Assembly (NCBI GenBank): GCA_028282585.1
Contig: JANQHR010000117.1
Location: 1 to 64,000, forward strand
From: Bacteroidales bacterium
Lineage (GTDB): Bacteria > Bacteroidota > Bacteroidia > Bacteroidales > UBA12077
DNA: 64,000 bases
Direction of reading: 5' to 3'
Shown: positions 48,039 to 58,054 of the stretch, piece by piece
Layout of the letters: each line of letters opens with the position of its first letter
Position numbering within the stretch: position 1 is the stretch's first letter
The notes under the pieces: generated by a model
What the model saw: only the letters and a program-made list of their open reading frames with translations
Database searches by the model: none
What the model was told of the DNA's origin: nothing
Translations under genes and position numbers: made by a program

Positions 48039-48437
48039 TTAAATAAGTTTGATGGAGTTTATTTTGTTTGTTCGTTCAAAAGAAAACGTTTTACTCGAAT
48101 TATCAATATATTCATATAGTTCTAATGCTTTGTTTAAATACTTTTGACTATCAGAAAATTGATCGTTACCAAGAGTAAGAAATAAATCCGCCAGAAGTTC
48201 AATATTTTCAAAACTGAATCCGTTTGATTTGACTAATTCTTTTTCAAAATCTTTTGGTTCAATGTTAAAAAAATATTCAAATTCCTTTTCATGTTTTTCT
48301 TTAAATTTTTCTCTAATCAGTTTTTCAGTTGTTTGGTATTCTTCTTTTGATCTCGAGGGTTTATACTTTCCCAATAAGTACTGAATAAGAATGGTAATTT
48401 TTTCAATTTCCCGCAGAATATAATCTCTTCTTTCCAT
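48039..48437 (-). CDS. Hypothetical helical protein (DUF6483-like)
   Basis: MERRDYILREIEK...KALELYEYI...TFSFER. Confidence 0.75.
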   Translation of the reverse strand: MERRDYILREIEKITILIQYLLGKYKPSRSKEEYQTTEKLIREKFKEKHEKEFEYFFNIEPKDFEKELVKSNGFSFENIELLADLFLTLGNDQFSDSQKYLNKALELYEYIDNSSKTFSFERTNKINSIKLI

Positions 48438-48644
48438 AAAGTTATGTAGTTTTTGTTTTTAAATGTTGAACAAGTTACAAAATATAAGAAAGATGTCTCT
48501 TCTAATATTGTTTGCGGTTTATATATTGAAATATTTTAATGTATTAGGAACGTACTTTATTTGAACATGTTTTCAAAAAAATTGTCTTAAAATAAAAAAT
48601 TGGATATTAAACATGTACTTGTTATTAATTTAGAATTACAAAAT

Positions 48645-49397
48645 ATGAAAATAGATCTTAACGCCGATTTAGGAGAAAGTTTTGGTAGACATATTAAAGG
48701 AAACGATGCTGAAATTATAAAATATGTAACATCAGCAAGTATAGCTTGTGGTTATCACGGAGGTGATCCCTTAACAATTGAAAACACTATTAAATTAGCA
48801 TTAGAGAATAATGTAACAATAGGAGCGCATCCTAGTTATGATGATTTGGTTGGGTTTGGGCGGCGTTCGATGAAGGTTAGTGATGAAGATTTATTTTCTA
48901 TGATTCTATACCAGGTAGGTGCTTTGAAAGCTATGACAGAAGCATTAGGAGGAAAGTTAAGGCATGTTAAACCTCATGGTGCAATGTATAATGATTTAGC
49001 GAATAGTCTACCAAAAGCAAAGGTTGTTGCAGAAGCTATTCTTAAAATTGACCCTGAATTAGTTTTTGTTGGTTTGGCAAACTCAGAAATTCAACATGCA
49101 GCCCATGAAATGAGATTAAAAAGTGCATGCGAAGTTTTCGCAGATAGGGCTTATAATGATGACGGATCTCTTGTATCACGACATAAGTATGGTGCAGTTT
49201 TTGGAAATGAAGAAGCTTGTATGAACCAGGTAAAACAGATTTTAACCGAACAATCAGTTACTTCAATAAATGGAAATACCGTAGAAATGTGCGTAGATAC
49301 TATTGGTATTCATGCTGATAACCTCGAAGCGCTTAATTTTGTTAAGTCTTTTCACAATTATTTAAAAGAAAACAATATTAAGGTTAGAAGCTTATAG
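48645..49397 (+). CDS. pxpA: 5-oxoprolinase subunit A (LamB/YcsF), orphan paralogue
   Basis: DLNADLGESFG, ACGYHGGDP, GAHPSY, HVKPHGAMYN, FADRAY; start taken at MKIDLN. Confidence 0.88.
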   Translation: MKIDLNADLGESFGRHIKGNDAEIIKYVTSASIACGYHGGDPLTIENTIKLALENNVTIGAHPSYDDLVGFGRRSMKVSDEDLFSMILYQVGALKAMTEALGGKLRHVKPHGAMYNDLANSLPKAKVVAEAILKIDPELVFVGLANSEIQHAAHEMRLKSACEVFADRAYNDDGSLVSRHKYGAVFGNEEACMNQVKQILTEQSVTSINGNTVEMCVDTIGIHADNLEALNFVKSFHNYLKENNIKVRSL

Positions 49398-49399
49398 TT

Positions 49400-50209
49400 T
49401 TAACTTACTCGCTTTAAAACAAAACTCATATAAACTGAGTTTCCTGAAAGTAAAGATTCGGAAGTTTCCATGTCCTTTGTTTTTAGAAATGGATTAAAAG
49501 CTTTTTTCATAAATTCAGGAATTCGTTCCTTTCCAAATTTATTTTGATGAATTGTTTCATCATTAATAAAAGCAGCAATATTTTTGCTAATGTCATTTTT
49601 AAAATCGATAGTAAACCCTGCCATTCTTAGCTGATGCTTAACTGTTTCCAGTTTTCTTTTTTCAATAATATCGGCAAAAATAAAAACTGAGTCTTTTCGT
49701 AAGACACGGTATACCTCATTACAAAATTTTGAAAAATCATTATAAAACCTGGAAGCCCCAACATTTATCACAAAATCAAAACTCTCTTTTACAAATGGTA
49801 AATCTTCTTCACTTCCCTTTTTAAATGATAAACCCGGTTCATTATAATAACTATTACAAAAATTAATAAGGCTATTGGTATTTTCTATACCCGTATATGT
49901 TTTAGGAGCGTAATAGCGATTTATATAAGAGGCACCTCCTCCTCGTTTTGAACTTACTTCCAAAATATCTTTGTAATGCAAATCGACTTTTGAGATAGCA
50001 TGGTCATATAATTGGATAAAGTATCTGTTTTTTTCATCATCATGTAATAGGTTAATTTCTTCATTTTCTGATAATGACTTGTAACCATAGTTCATGAAGT
50101 TGTTTACTTTTTTTGTATCAGTATGATTCATTAATTTATTTAATATTTCCCATCTGGGCTTTTTGCCGGTTTCACAATTATGACAACTATTTTGGTTAGA
50201 TAAACTCAT
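49400..50209 (-). CDS. Class I SAM-dependent methyltransferase-like protein with degenerate motif I
   Basis: FMNYGY, IQLY, LEVSSKRGGG, EDLPF..SFDFVIN, EVYRVLR. Confidence 0.78.
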   Translation of the reverse strand: MSLSNQNSCHNCETGKKPRWEILNKLMNHTDTKKVNNFMNYGYKSLSENEEINLLHDDEKNRYFIQLYDHAISKVDLHYKDILEVSSKRGGGASYINRYYAPKTYTGIENTNSLINFCNSYYNEPGLSFKKGSEEDLPFVKESFDFVINVGASRFYNDFSKFCNEVYRVLRKDSVFIFADIIEKRKLETVKHQLRMAGFTIDFKNDISKNIAAFINDETIHQNKFGKERIPEFMKKAFNPFLKTKDMETSESLLSGNSVYMSFVLKRVS

Positions 50210-50274
50210 TGTTAAAAATCTTAATGTTTATTAACGACAATTATAAATCCTGTATTGGAAATAATGAAAAAAAA

Positions 50275-50346
50275 GGTGTAAGTGACTAAAATAGGGGATA
50301 AGTAAAGTAAAATATGGGTAAATGAAACTAAAGTAGGGATGAGTGG
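50275..50346. promoter_or_regulatory. Four direct repeats, probable LytTR-binding sites
   Basis: GGTGTAAGTGA, GGGATAAGTAA, TGGGTAAATGA, GGGATGAGTGG at 20-21 bp period between the LytTR gene and the methyltransferase gene. Confidence 0.6.
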
Positions 50347-50354
50347 CACTTATT

Positions 50355-51182
50355 TTAGATAGGATTTAACTCTTCTTTTACCTTTAATAAATAATGCCTT
50401 GAAACGGGAATTTCTTCATTATTAGTCATTTCAAGTATGTTTCCCTTATAATTTTTAACTAACCTATTAACATTGTTAAGATTTACAATATAAGTTCTGT
50501 GGCATCGAACAAAATTGGGATAGGATTCCAATTGTATTTCAATGTTTTTTAATGTACTACGTAAAAGTTTTTTGCGAAAATCGTCTTTGTGTTTATAATT
50601 TATCTCCACATAATTATCGGCAGCTTTAATCGTAAAAATATTGTTAAAACTTAATTCAACCTTCTCTGATTTGTTTTCAGATTTGAGTTCTATTTTGTTA
50701 GGAATTTTATCTTGTTTTACATAAATGTCTGAATTGAATGCATCACCGTTTATAGCTTTTAATTGATAATATTGTGATCTAAGCCTGTATAATAGTCTTA
50801 TTAAAACAACAACAGAAAGACAAATTATAACAATTTTAAAAACTGTATAAAATGATATACTGGTTTTACCAACATACCTTAAATAAAAAGTAAAAGCAAC
50901 TGAGTTAAATATCAAAGCAAATGTGCTCAATATTAGTGGTGGTCCAAATTCCCAATCTGTAATACGATAGGATTTTGAAAAAACTGTTGGCACAGCAATA
51001 TAAAAAAGGTTATTAAATAAAAATATGATCCCACTAAAACCAGAAAAAAAGATTATAAGATTATTTACATTGCTATAACTAGCTTCGAATGGGCGAAAAA
51101 ATAAGATGAATAAAAAAACACCAATACTAAAATTAGAATTAAGTTTAAGGTTGTATCTAAGTTCTCTATTGAAAGAAGTCAT
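50355..51182 (-). CDS. Membrane-bound LytTR-family regulator
   Basis: Four TMs; AADNYV, FVRCHRTYIVN, IPVSR. Confidence 0.9.
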   Translation of the reverse strand: MTSFNRELRYNLKLNSNFSIGVFLFILFFRPFEASYSNVNNLIIFFSGFSGIIFLFNNLFYIAVPTVFSKSYRITDWEFGPPLILSTFALIFNSVAFTFYLRYVGKTSISFYTVFKIVIICLSVVVLIRLLYRLRSQYYQLKAINGDAFNSDIYVKQDKIPNKIELKSENKSEKVELSFNNIFTIKAADNYVEINYKHKDDFRKKLLRSTLKNIEIQLESYPNFVRCHRTYIVNLNNVNRLVKNYKGNILEMTNNEEIPVSRHYLLKVKEELNPI

Positions 51183-51368
51183 AATAATGAAAATAACTAA
51201 ATCAAAAAAGTGAAGATACTATTTATTAAGTTTACATCAAATTCATAACTATATTTAAAGTATTGGATGAAGTTTAAAATATTACTTAATAAGTCTTTTA
51301 AATGTTAATAAGGTGTTAACACTTAATTAAACTAAACATTTTCAGTTTAAATGCGTTTAATTTGTGGT

Positions 51369-51755
51369 ATGAAAAAGTTTGTTTCGGTCATAATATCCAT
51401 TATTTACCTTTCACTCTCAACAGATGCTATGGTTACTTTGCATTATTGTGGAGGCGAACTGGAAAGTATCAAATTAAATTCTGAAACTCAAACTTGTTGT
51501 TGTGGTATTGATTGGATGTCAACAACCTGCTGCGAAAACGAATGGTTTATACTAGATATTGATATTGACGAAAATATTGCTTTTTCTTCTGATATTTCGT
51601 TTAAGAATTTTTCAAATGTTGTTTATTCAAATCTAACTTTAGATATTTTCATTGAAGAAGATTTTGAAGATGAGCAACTTACAAAATATAATTTACCACC
51701 TCCTAAGCCACAACCTACCTGGCTTATGAACAGTTCTTTTATTTTTTACGGATAA
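51369..51755 (+). CDS. HYC_CC_PP family protein
   Basis: LHYCGG, TCCC, TCC, C-terminal PPP; start taken at MKKFVS. Confidence 0.8.
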   Translation: MKKFVSVIISIIYLSLSTDAMVTLHYCGGELESIKLNSETQTCCCGIDWMSTTCCENEWFILDIDIDENIAFSSDISFKNFSNVVYSNLTLDIFIEEDFEDEQLTKYNLPPPKPQPTWLMNSSFIFYG

Positions 51756-51852
51756 GATTTAATTGTTTTGTTTATTTCTAAAATTCAGATTATCAAAGAA
51801 TCTGAAACAGGAATTTAGCTAATTAATAAGTTAAACAATTAAAATAAATATC

Positions 51853-52203
51853 ATGAAAACAATATTTTTAATAACCGTAATTACACTTTTTTCAATTAAT
51901 ACATACGCTCAAAACAAATCTTCAAAAGTAGAAACAACCAAATTTGAGGTAAAAGGTGTTTGTGATATGTGCAAAGAACGTATCGAAAATGCTGCACTTA
52001 TTAAAGGTGTTAAATGGGTAGAGTGGGATAAAGCTACCGATACTTTAACTGTTATTTATAGAAAGGATAAAATTGATATTCTGGAAGTGCATAAATCAGT
52101 AGCTGAAGTTGGTCATACAACTGATAAAGTTGAGTGTAATATGGAAGCTTACAACAAATTACCCGCATGCTGCGCATACATGGATGGTGTTGAGAAACAT
52201 TAA
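51853..52203 (+). CDS. Exported heavy-metal-associated (HMA) domain protein
   Basis: Signal peptide; GVCDMCKERIE; LPACC. Confidence 0.88.
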   Translation: MKTIFLITVITLFSINTYAQNKSSKVETTKFEVKGVCDMCKERIENAALIKGVKWVEWDKATDTLTVIYRKDKIDILEVHKSVAEVGHTTDKVECNMEAYNKLPACCAYMDGVEKH

Positions 52204-52205
52204 AT

Positions 52206-54443
52206 ATGAAAAGGTTTACAATGCTGATTTTGCTGGCTTTGAATTTCCAATTTATTCTGGCGCAGCAGAATATTAGTTACTTGAAAGGTAAAGTTAAAGA
52301 GCAAAATCAAGGGGAAGATATTCCTGTTATTGGTGCAAATGTTTATTGGAGCGGCACAACTATTGGTACGACAACTGATTCAAAAGGGAATTTTAAGCTA
52401 ACGAAGTTAAAATCTAATAATCAATTAGTAGTTAGTTATGTAGGTTACCAAAGTGATACCATAACGGTTGATAACCAGGATTATGTAATTGTTGCTTTGA
52501 AAACTTCTACGGAACTGGATGAAGTGGTGGTTTCTTTTAAACGCAATACAACTGAATTTTCACTACTGGAACCGGTTAATACAAAAGTGATGGGAGAGAG
52601 GGAGCTTCTTAAAGCTGCTTGTTGTAACTTAAGTGAAAGTTTTGAGACCAACCCTTCGGTCGATGTATCATTTACAGATGCGATCACGGGAACTCGCCAA
52701 ATTCAAATGCTGGGACTGGCCGGGCCTTATACTCAAATCACACGAGAGAATATGCCTGATATTCGAGGATTGTCATCCATTTACGGATTGACCTATATTC
52801 CGGGAACTTGGATTGAAAATATACATTTGAATAAAGGAGCAGGAACGGTAATAAATGGTTTTGAAAGTATTGCCGGACAAATTGATGTTAATTTAAGAAA
52901 TCCTGCTAATATGGATAAACTGTATTTAAATTTTTACGGGAATCAGCGGGGACGGGTTGAGGCAAATGCAAACATTCAAACTGATGTTGGTAAAAATTTG
53001 GGTACAGCTGTTTTACTTCATGGTATGAATAATTCTTTTGGACAAGATCATAATAATGATAATTTTCTGGATCATCCAACAGGTCAACAATATGTAATTT
53101 TAAACCGGTGGGAATTATATAGTGACCGGGGATTACGTTTTCAGTTTGGTGCTAAAGGAACCTATATTGATAAGTTTGGAGGAGAATCAGGTTTTGATCC
53201 GGATATTGATCGCGGAACTACCAACGCGTGGGGGTTAAATATCAAAACAGAACGTTATGAGGCATGGTCGAAGCTGGGTAGGGTAAATATGGATAAACCA
53301 TGGCAAAGTCTGGGATTTCAGGTTTTGGGTGCATTTCATGATCAGGAATCGTATTTTGGATTAACTGACTATAATGCGCAACAAAAAAGCTTTTATTCAA
53401 ACTTAATTTTTCAGTCACAAATTAATAATACCAACCATCAGTTTAAAACCGGGTTAAGTTTTCAATATGATGACTATAATGAGGATTTGAATAATTTAAA
53501 ATATGACAGATTGGAGTATGTCCCGGGAGCTTTTTTCGAATATACCTATAAACATTTGGAGAAGTTTGATGCAATTCTGGGCATAAGGGGAGATTATCAT
53601 AATGAATATGGATCGTTTTTGACTCCAAGAGCCCATTTAAGGTATTCATTAACTGATAAAATAACATTAAGAGCATCAGGAGGGCGTGGTTTACGTTCAG
53701 CTAATATTATTTCTGAAAACATAGGAATACTTGCTAGTTCACGTGAAATTATTATTAATGGAGATGGAAGCAACAAACCATTTGGACTTGATCCTGAAAT
53801 TGCATGGAATTATGGGCTAAATCTTACATATAAGTTTGTTTTGGATTATAGAAATGGAAGTGTTAACGTTGACTTTTACAGAACCGATTTCCAAAATCAG
53901 ATTGTTATGGATTTGGATCAAGATCCACAGCAGGCAATATTTTATAATTTGGATGGTGAATCATATTCAAATAGTTTTCAGGCGCAAATTGATTATGAGT
54001 TAATTAAACGCTTAGATGTTCGGGTTGCATACAGATGGTACGATGTAAAAACAACCTATAATAACGAATTGTTAGATAAACCATTAACATCAAACCATAG
54101 AGCATTTATAAATCTGGCATACAATTCAAGGAAGCATTGGAGTTTTGATTATACTATTAACTGGCAAGGAGAAAAGCGAATACCAGGAACAGAAACAAAC
54201 CCTGTGGAATACCAGTTAGATGAGTACTCTCCTAATTTCTTTATCATGAATGCTCAAATCAGTAAAAGTTGGCAACAAAAGTTTGACGTGTATGTAGGTG
54301 TGGAAAACATCTTAAGTTATAAACAAGAGAATCCGATAATAGCGAGTAATGATCCGTTTGGACAATATTTTGACAGCTCTTTAATTTGGGGGCCAATAAA
54401 CGGAAGAAATATATACCTCGGGTTAAGATATAAGATAAAGTAG
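52206..54443 (+). CDS. TonB-dependent receptor
   Basis: Carboxypeptidase-like N-domain, LDEVVV, plug with KAACCNLSESF, C-terminal GRNIYLGLRY. Confidence 0.92.
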   Translation: MKRFTMLILLALNFQFILAQQNISYLKGKVKEQNQGEDIPVIGANVYWSGTTIGTTTDSKGNFKLTKLKSNNQLVVSYVGYQSDTITVDNQDYVIVALKTSTELDEVVVSFKRNTTEFSLLEPVNTKVMGERELLKAACCNLSESFETNPSVDVSFTDAITGTRQIQMLGLAGPYTQITRENMPDIRGLSSIYGLTYIPGTWIENIHLNKGAGTVINGFESIAGQIDVNLRNPANMDKLYLNFYGNQRGRVEANANIQTDVGKNLGTAVLLHGMNNSFGQDHNNDNFLDHPTGQQYVILNRWELYSDRGLRFQFGAKGTYIDKFGGESGFDPDIDRGTTNAWGLNIKTERYEAWSKLGRVNMDKPWQSLGFQVLGAFHDQESYFGLTDYNAQQKSFYSNLIFQSQINNTNHQFKTGLSFQYDDYNEDLNNLKYDRLEYVPGAFFEYTYKHLEKFDAILGIRGDYHNEYGSFLTPRAHLRYSLTDKITLRASGGRGLRSANIISENIGILASSREIIINGDGSNKPFGLDPEIAWNYGLNLTYKFVLDYRNGSVNVDFYRTDFQNQIVMDLDQDPQQAIFYNLDGESYSNSFQAQIDYELIKRLDVRVAYRWYDVKTTYNNELLDKPLTSNHRAFINLAYNSRKHWSFDYTINWQGEKRIPGTETNPVEYQLDEYSPNFFIMNAQISKSWQQKFDVYVGVENILSYKQENPIIASNDPFGQYFDSSLIWGPINGRNIYLGLRYKIK

Positions 54444-54546
54444 CTATGGGCCAAAGATTACAAATGTGTTGTTCCTGTTAACTGTTACAGTGAACCATAA
54501 GATTTAAAAGTGAGTTTAATAATTAGCCGGAATGTAATATAAATGT

Positions 54547-54572
54547 AATATCCTCAATTATTTGGGGATATT
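54547..54572 (+). terminator. Putative terminator
   Basis: AATATCCTCAA..TTGGGGATATT hairpin. Confidence 0.4.
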
Positions 54573-54614
54573 ATATTTTTATAATGAACAAATAAGTTGT
54601 ATTTTAAAATAATT

Positions 54615-54630
54615 ATCGTACATTTGCGAT
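54615..54630 (+). promoter_or_regulatory. ArsR-type operator overlapping the -7 promoter element
   Basis: ATCG-TACATTTG-CGAT; the spacer is itself a TAnnTTTG. Confidence 0.7.
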
Positions 54631-54642
54631 GAACGATTTAAT

Positions 54643-54939
54643 ATGAAAAAGGAAGATTTTAAATATCAAGAAGATCACATTAAATTAGCCAGGTTTGCTA
54701 AAGCTCTTTCTCATCCTGCCAGATTACATATTCTAAATTTTTTAAGTTGCTGTGACAGGTGTTACACTGGTAACATTGTTGATGAATTGCCAATTGCGCA
54801 GTCATCCGTTTCACAGCATTTAAAGGAATTAAAAGAAGCTGGATTGATTCAGGGTACAATCGAAACACCAAAAGTTTATTATTGTATTAATAAAGAAAAC
54901 TGGAAATTAGCGAAAGAGTTGTTTAAAGAGTTCTTTTAA
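54643..54939 (+). CDS. arsR: ArsR/SmtB family repressor
   Basis: AKALSHPARL, SCCDRC, QSSVSQHLKELKEAGLI. Confidence 0.9.
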   Translation: MKKEDFKYQEDHIKLARFAKALSHPARLHILNFLSCCDRCYTGNIVDELPIAQSSVSQHLKELKEAGLIQGTIETPKVYYCINKENWKLAKELFKEFF

Positions 54940-54956
54940 TTTTTTTGGACAAAATC

Positions 54957-54972
54957 ATCGTTTATTCACGAT
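54957..54972 (+). promoter_or_regulatory. Second ArsR-type operator
   Basis: ATCG-TTTATTCA-CGAT, the same ATCG-N8-CGAT pattern. Confidence 0.65.
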
Positions 54973-55125
54973 TAACTATAAATGCAATTAAAAAACTTAT
55001 CCCATGAAAAAAAAAATGAAAAATGCAGGAGAAAATGTATCGAAGAATGCAAGAATCTAAATTCTCGAAAGAAGAAAACCTGCACAATACTTTAAAAGAT
55101 TTTGTTGAATAAAATTAGATAGATT

Positions 55126-55917
55126 ATGGAAAATTCAGAAAAGTTAAAAGAAACAGTCAAAGAAAAGTATGCTGAAATTGTACGTGGTCAGAATGAATGT
55201 TGTTGCGGAAGTACGAATGAACATACAGAATATACTGTTTTTAACGAGAGTTATGAAAATCAGCCCGGATATGTAAAGGAAGCAGATTTAAACCTTGGAT
55301 GTGGAGTCCCTACTGAATATGCAGGGATGAAACCGGGAGATTCAGTTTTAGATTTAGGTTCAGGTGCTGGAAATGATTGCTTTGTTACCAGGTCAATAGT
55401 TGGTGAGAAAGGTCATGTAACCGGCCTTGACTTTACAAATGAAATGGTTCGAAAAGCAAATGCAAACCTTCTTACGCTTGGTTATAAGAATGTAAATTTT
55501 GTACTAGGGGATATTGAAAATATTCCTTTGGAAGATAATACATACGATGTTGCCATTAGCAATTGCGTTTTAAATTTAGTACCTGATAAAGTAAAAGCTT
55601 TCGAAGAAATCAAACGAGTATTAAAATCCGGTGGACATTTTTGTGTTTCTGATATTGTGTTAAACGGAGAGTTACCAGATAATATTAAAGAAGTTGCAGA
55701 ATTATATGCCGGATGTGTTTCAGGAGCTTTGCAAATGGATGAATATCTAAGTATTATAGAGGAATCTGGATTTAAACAAGTAGAAGTTAAAAAAGAACGG
55801 CAAATTAATGTTCCAGATGAAATGTTTTTAAAACATATTTCTCAAGATGATTTAAATAATTATAAGTTGTTGGGTACTGGAATATACAGCATAACCGTAG
55901 TAGGAATAAAAGAATAA
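55126..55917 (+). CDS. arsM: Arsenite methyltransferase
   Basis: CCCG, LGCGVP, LDLGSGAGND, ISNCVLNL, YAGCVSGA; downstream of arsR. Confidence 0.92.
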   Translation: MENSEKLKETVKEKYAEIVRGQNECCCGSTNEHTEYTVFNESYENQPGYVKEADLNLGCGVPTEYAGMKPGDSVLDLGSGAGNDCFVTRSIVGEKGHVTGLDFTNEMVRKANANLLTLGYKNVNFVLGDIENIPLEDNTYDVAISNCVLNLVPDKVKAFEEIKRVLKSGGHFCVSDIVLNGELPDNIKEVAELYAGCVSGALQMDEYLSIIEESGFKQVEVKKERQINVPDEMFLKHISQDDLNNYKLLGTGIYSITVVGIKE

Positions 55918-55922
55918 GAATT

Positions 55923-55959
55923 AAAAGCTGAAGAATTTAACTTCAGCTTTTCCTTTTTT
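55923..55959 (+). terminator. Intrinsic terminator
   Basis: AAAAGCTGAAG-N7-CTTCAGCTTTT followed by T-runs. Confidence 0.75.
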
Positions 55960-56017
55960 CCAGCTTAGAGTATTTGCTAAGCAAAATTAATATACCTAAT
56001 TTTCTGGTTCATTTTTA

Positions 56018-57277
56018 ATGAACATAATGAAAAGCAAAACTATAATAGAAAGAATCAAATCAATTGGTCCTGCAGCCTTGGTTACAGCCGCTTTTATTGG
56101 ACCGGGTACTATAACAACTTGTTCCATTGCAGGAGCAAAATTCGGATATGCCCTTTTATGGGGTTTATTATTTTCAATTATCGCAACCATCGTGTTGCAG
56201 GAAATGTCTGCACGATTGGGCATTGTAGCTCGAAAAGGACTAGGTGAAGCTTTACGGGAGCAGGCCCGCAATCCAATTACAAAATTCATTACAGTGTTTT
56301 TGGTACTCTCGGCCATATTAATAGGAAATGCTGCATATGAAACCGGAAATATTTTAGGTGGGGCACTTGGTCTTGAAACCATTTCAGGAATTTCGTCTAT
56401 ATCCATTACAGATTCATTTAAAATAAATATTTGGGGACCATTAATTGGATTATCAGCATTTATTCTGATGATAATAGGAAGTTATAAGTCTATTGAAAGA
56501 ATGTTAATTATTTTGGTAATCCTAATGAGTTTGGCTTTTATAACAACTTCAATTGTAATTATGCCGGTATGGAGCGAAATATTAAAAGGAATTTTTGTTC
56601 CATCGGTACCAAAGGGCTCTGCTTTAACCATAGTAGCATTAATTGGTACGACTGTTGTTCCTTACAATTTATTTTTGCATTCATCGGCAGTTCAGGAGAA
56701 GTGGAAAGATAAATCTGGATTAAATGAGGCGAGAACGGATATTTTTGTATCAATCATAATTGGAGGATTAATCTCCATGTCAATTGTTGTAACTTCAGCG
56801 GTTGCTTTTTGGGGATCAAGCCATGAAATAAAGGGAGCTGGAGATTTGGCAATTCAACTCGAACCATTATTGGGAAACTGGGCTAAAGTATTTTTAGCTT
56901 TCGGGTTATTTGCAGCCGGTATATCATCGGCAGTTACAGCACCACTTGCAGCAGCTTATGCAACTTCAGGAATCTTAGGCTGGAAAAGAAATTTTAAGGA
57001 TAAAAAGTTTAGATCAGTTTGGATTTTTATACTTTTAATTGGGATAATGTTTTCAGCATTAGGATTTAAACCTATTCAGGCAATTGTTTTTGCACAAATT
57101 ACAAATGGCATTTTGTTGCCAATAATTGCTATATATTTACTTTGGGTAATGAACAGTAAAAAGATTTTGGGAGATTTTAGAAATAATTTATTTTCAAATG
57201 TAATTGGTTTTGCAGTTGTTTTAGTTGCAGTAGGACTTGGGGTAAGAAGTATTTTAAGTGTTCTTGGTTTAATATAA
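56018..57277 (+). CDS. NRAMP-like transporter, probable 5-oxoproline permease
   Basis: IGPAALVTAAFIGPG, GTTVVPYNLFLH, about 11 TMs; 6 nt before pxpA. Confidence 0.85.
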   Translation: MNIMKSKTIIERIKSIGPAALVTAAFIGPGTITTCSIAGAKFGYALLWGLLFSIIATIVLQEMSARLGIVARKGLGEALREQARNPITKFITVFLVLSAILIGNAAYETGNILGGALGLETISGISSISITDSFKINIWGPLIGLSAFILMIIGSYKSIERMLIILVILMSLAFITTSIVIMPVWSEILKGIFVPSVPKGSALTIVALIGTTVVPYNLFLHSSAVQEKWKDKSGLNEARTDIFVSIIIGGLISMSIVVTSAVAFWGSSHEIKGAGDLAIQLEPLLGNWAKVFLAFGLFAAGISSAVTAPLAAAYATSGILGWKRNFKDKKFRSVWIFILLIGIMFSALGFKPIQAIVFAQITNGILLPIIAIYLLWVMNSKKILGDFRNNLFSNVIGFAVVLVAVGLGVRSILSVLGLI

Positions 57278-57283
57278 TTTACC

Positions 57284-58051
57284 ATGTTTATAGATTTAAA
57301 TTCAGATCTTGGAGAAAGTTTCGGTAATTATAAAATAGGTAATGATGCTGAAGTTATGCAATACATTACTTCAGCAAATATTGCGTGCGGTTTTCATGCA
57401 GGTGATCCTTTAATTATTGAAAAAACCATAAAATTAGCAATCGAAAATAATGTAGCTCCAGGTGCACATCCGGGATATCCTGATTTGATTGGGTTTGGAA
57501 GGCGATCCTTAACGTTAAGTGACGAGGAATTATCCGCAGTGATTAAATATCAGGTTGGAGCAGTAAAATCAATAACTGAATCACTTGGAGTAAGACTACA
57601 ACATGTTAAGTTTCATGGGGCAATGTATAACGATATGGCCTTTAATTTTGATCAGGCAAAAGTTGGAGCTGAGGCAATTGCCAAAATCGATTCTGATTTG
57701 ATCTTGGTTGGTCTTGCAGGCTCAAAAATGGTTGAAGCAGCCAAAGATACCGGACTAAAAACTGCAAATGAATTTTTTGCCGATCGTGCCTATAATGACG
57801 ATGGATCTTTGGTATCCAGGTCAATTGAAGGTTCAGTAATCCATGATACGGAGGTCTGTTTAAACCGAATAGAAAAACTGATAAAATCCGGTTCGGTTTT
57901 ATCCATAAATAATAAGGAATTGGAAATAAAGGTTGATACAATTTGTGTACATGGCGATAATAAAAATGCAGCTAACTTTGTGAAAAGCCTAAATGTGTTT
58001 TTAAAAAGAAAAGGGATAGAGTTAAGAAATCTTGAAAATCAGAATCTGTAA
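57284..58051 (+). CDS. pxpA: 5-oxoprolinase subunit A
   Basis: DLNSDLGESFG, ACGFHAGDP, FADRAY, TICVHGDN. Confidence 0.93.
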   Translation: MFIDLNSDLGESFGNYKIGNDAEVMQYITSANIACGFHAGDPLIIEKTIKLAIENNVAPGAHPGYPDLIGFGRRSLTLSDEELSAVIKYQVGAVKSITESLGVRLQHVKFHGAMYNDMAFNFDQAKVGAEAIAKIDSDLILVGLAGSKMVEAAKDTGLKTANEFFADRAYNDDGSLVSRSIEGSVIHDTEVCLNRIEKLIKSGSVLSINNKELEIKVDTICVHGDNKNAANFVKSLNVFLKRKGIELRNLENQNL

Positions 58052-58054
58052 GAT

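Noticed and set aside
50275-50346. CRISPR array (also considered for 18269-18310)
   Set aside because: The units are short and degenerate, with no unique spacers and no cas genes.
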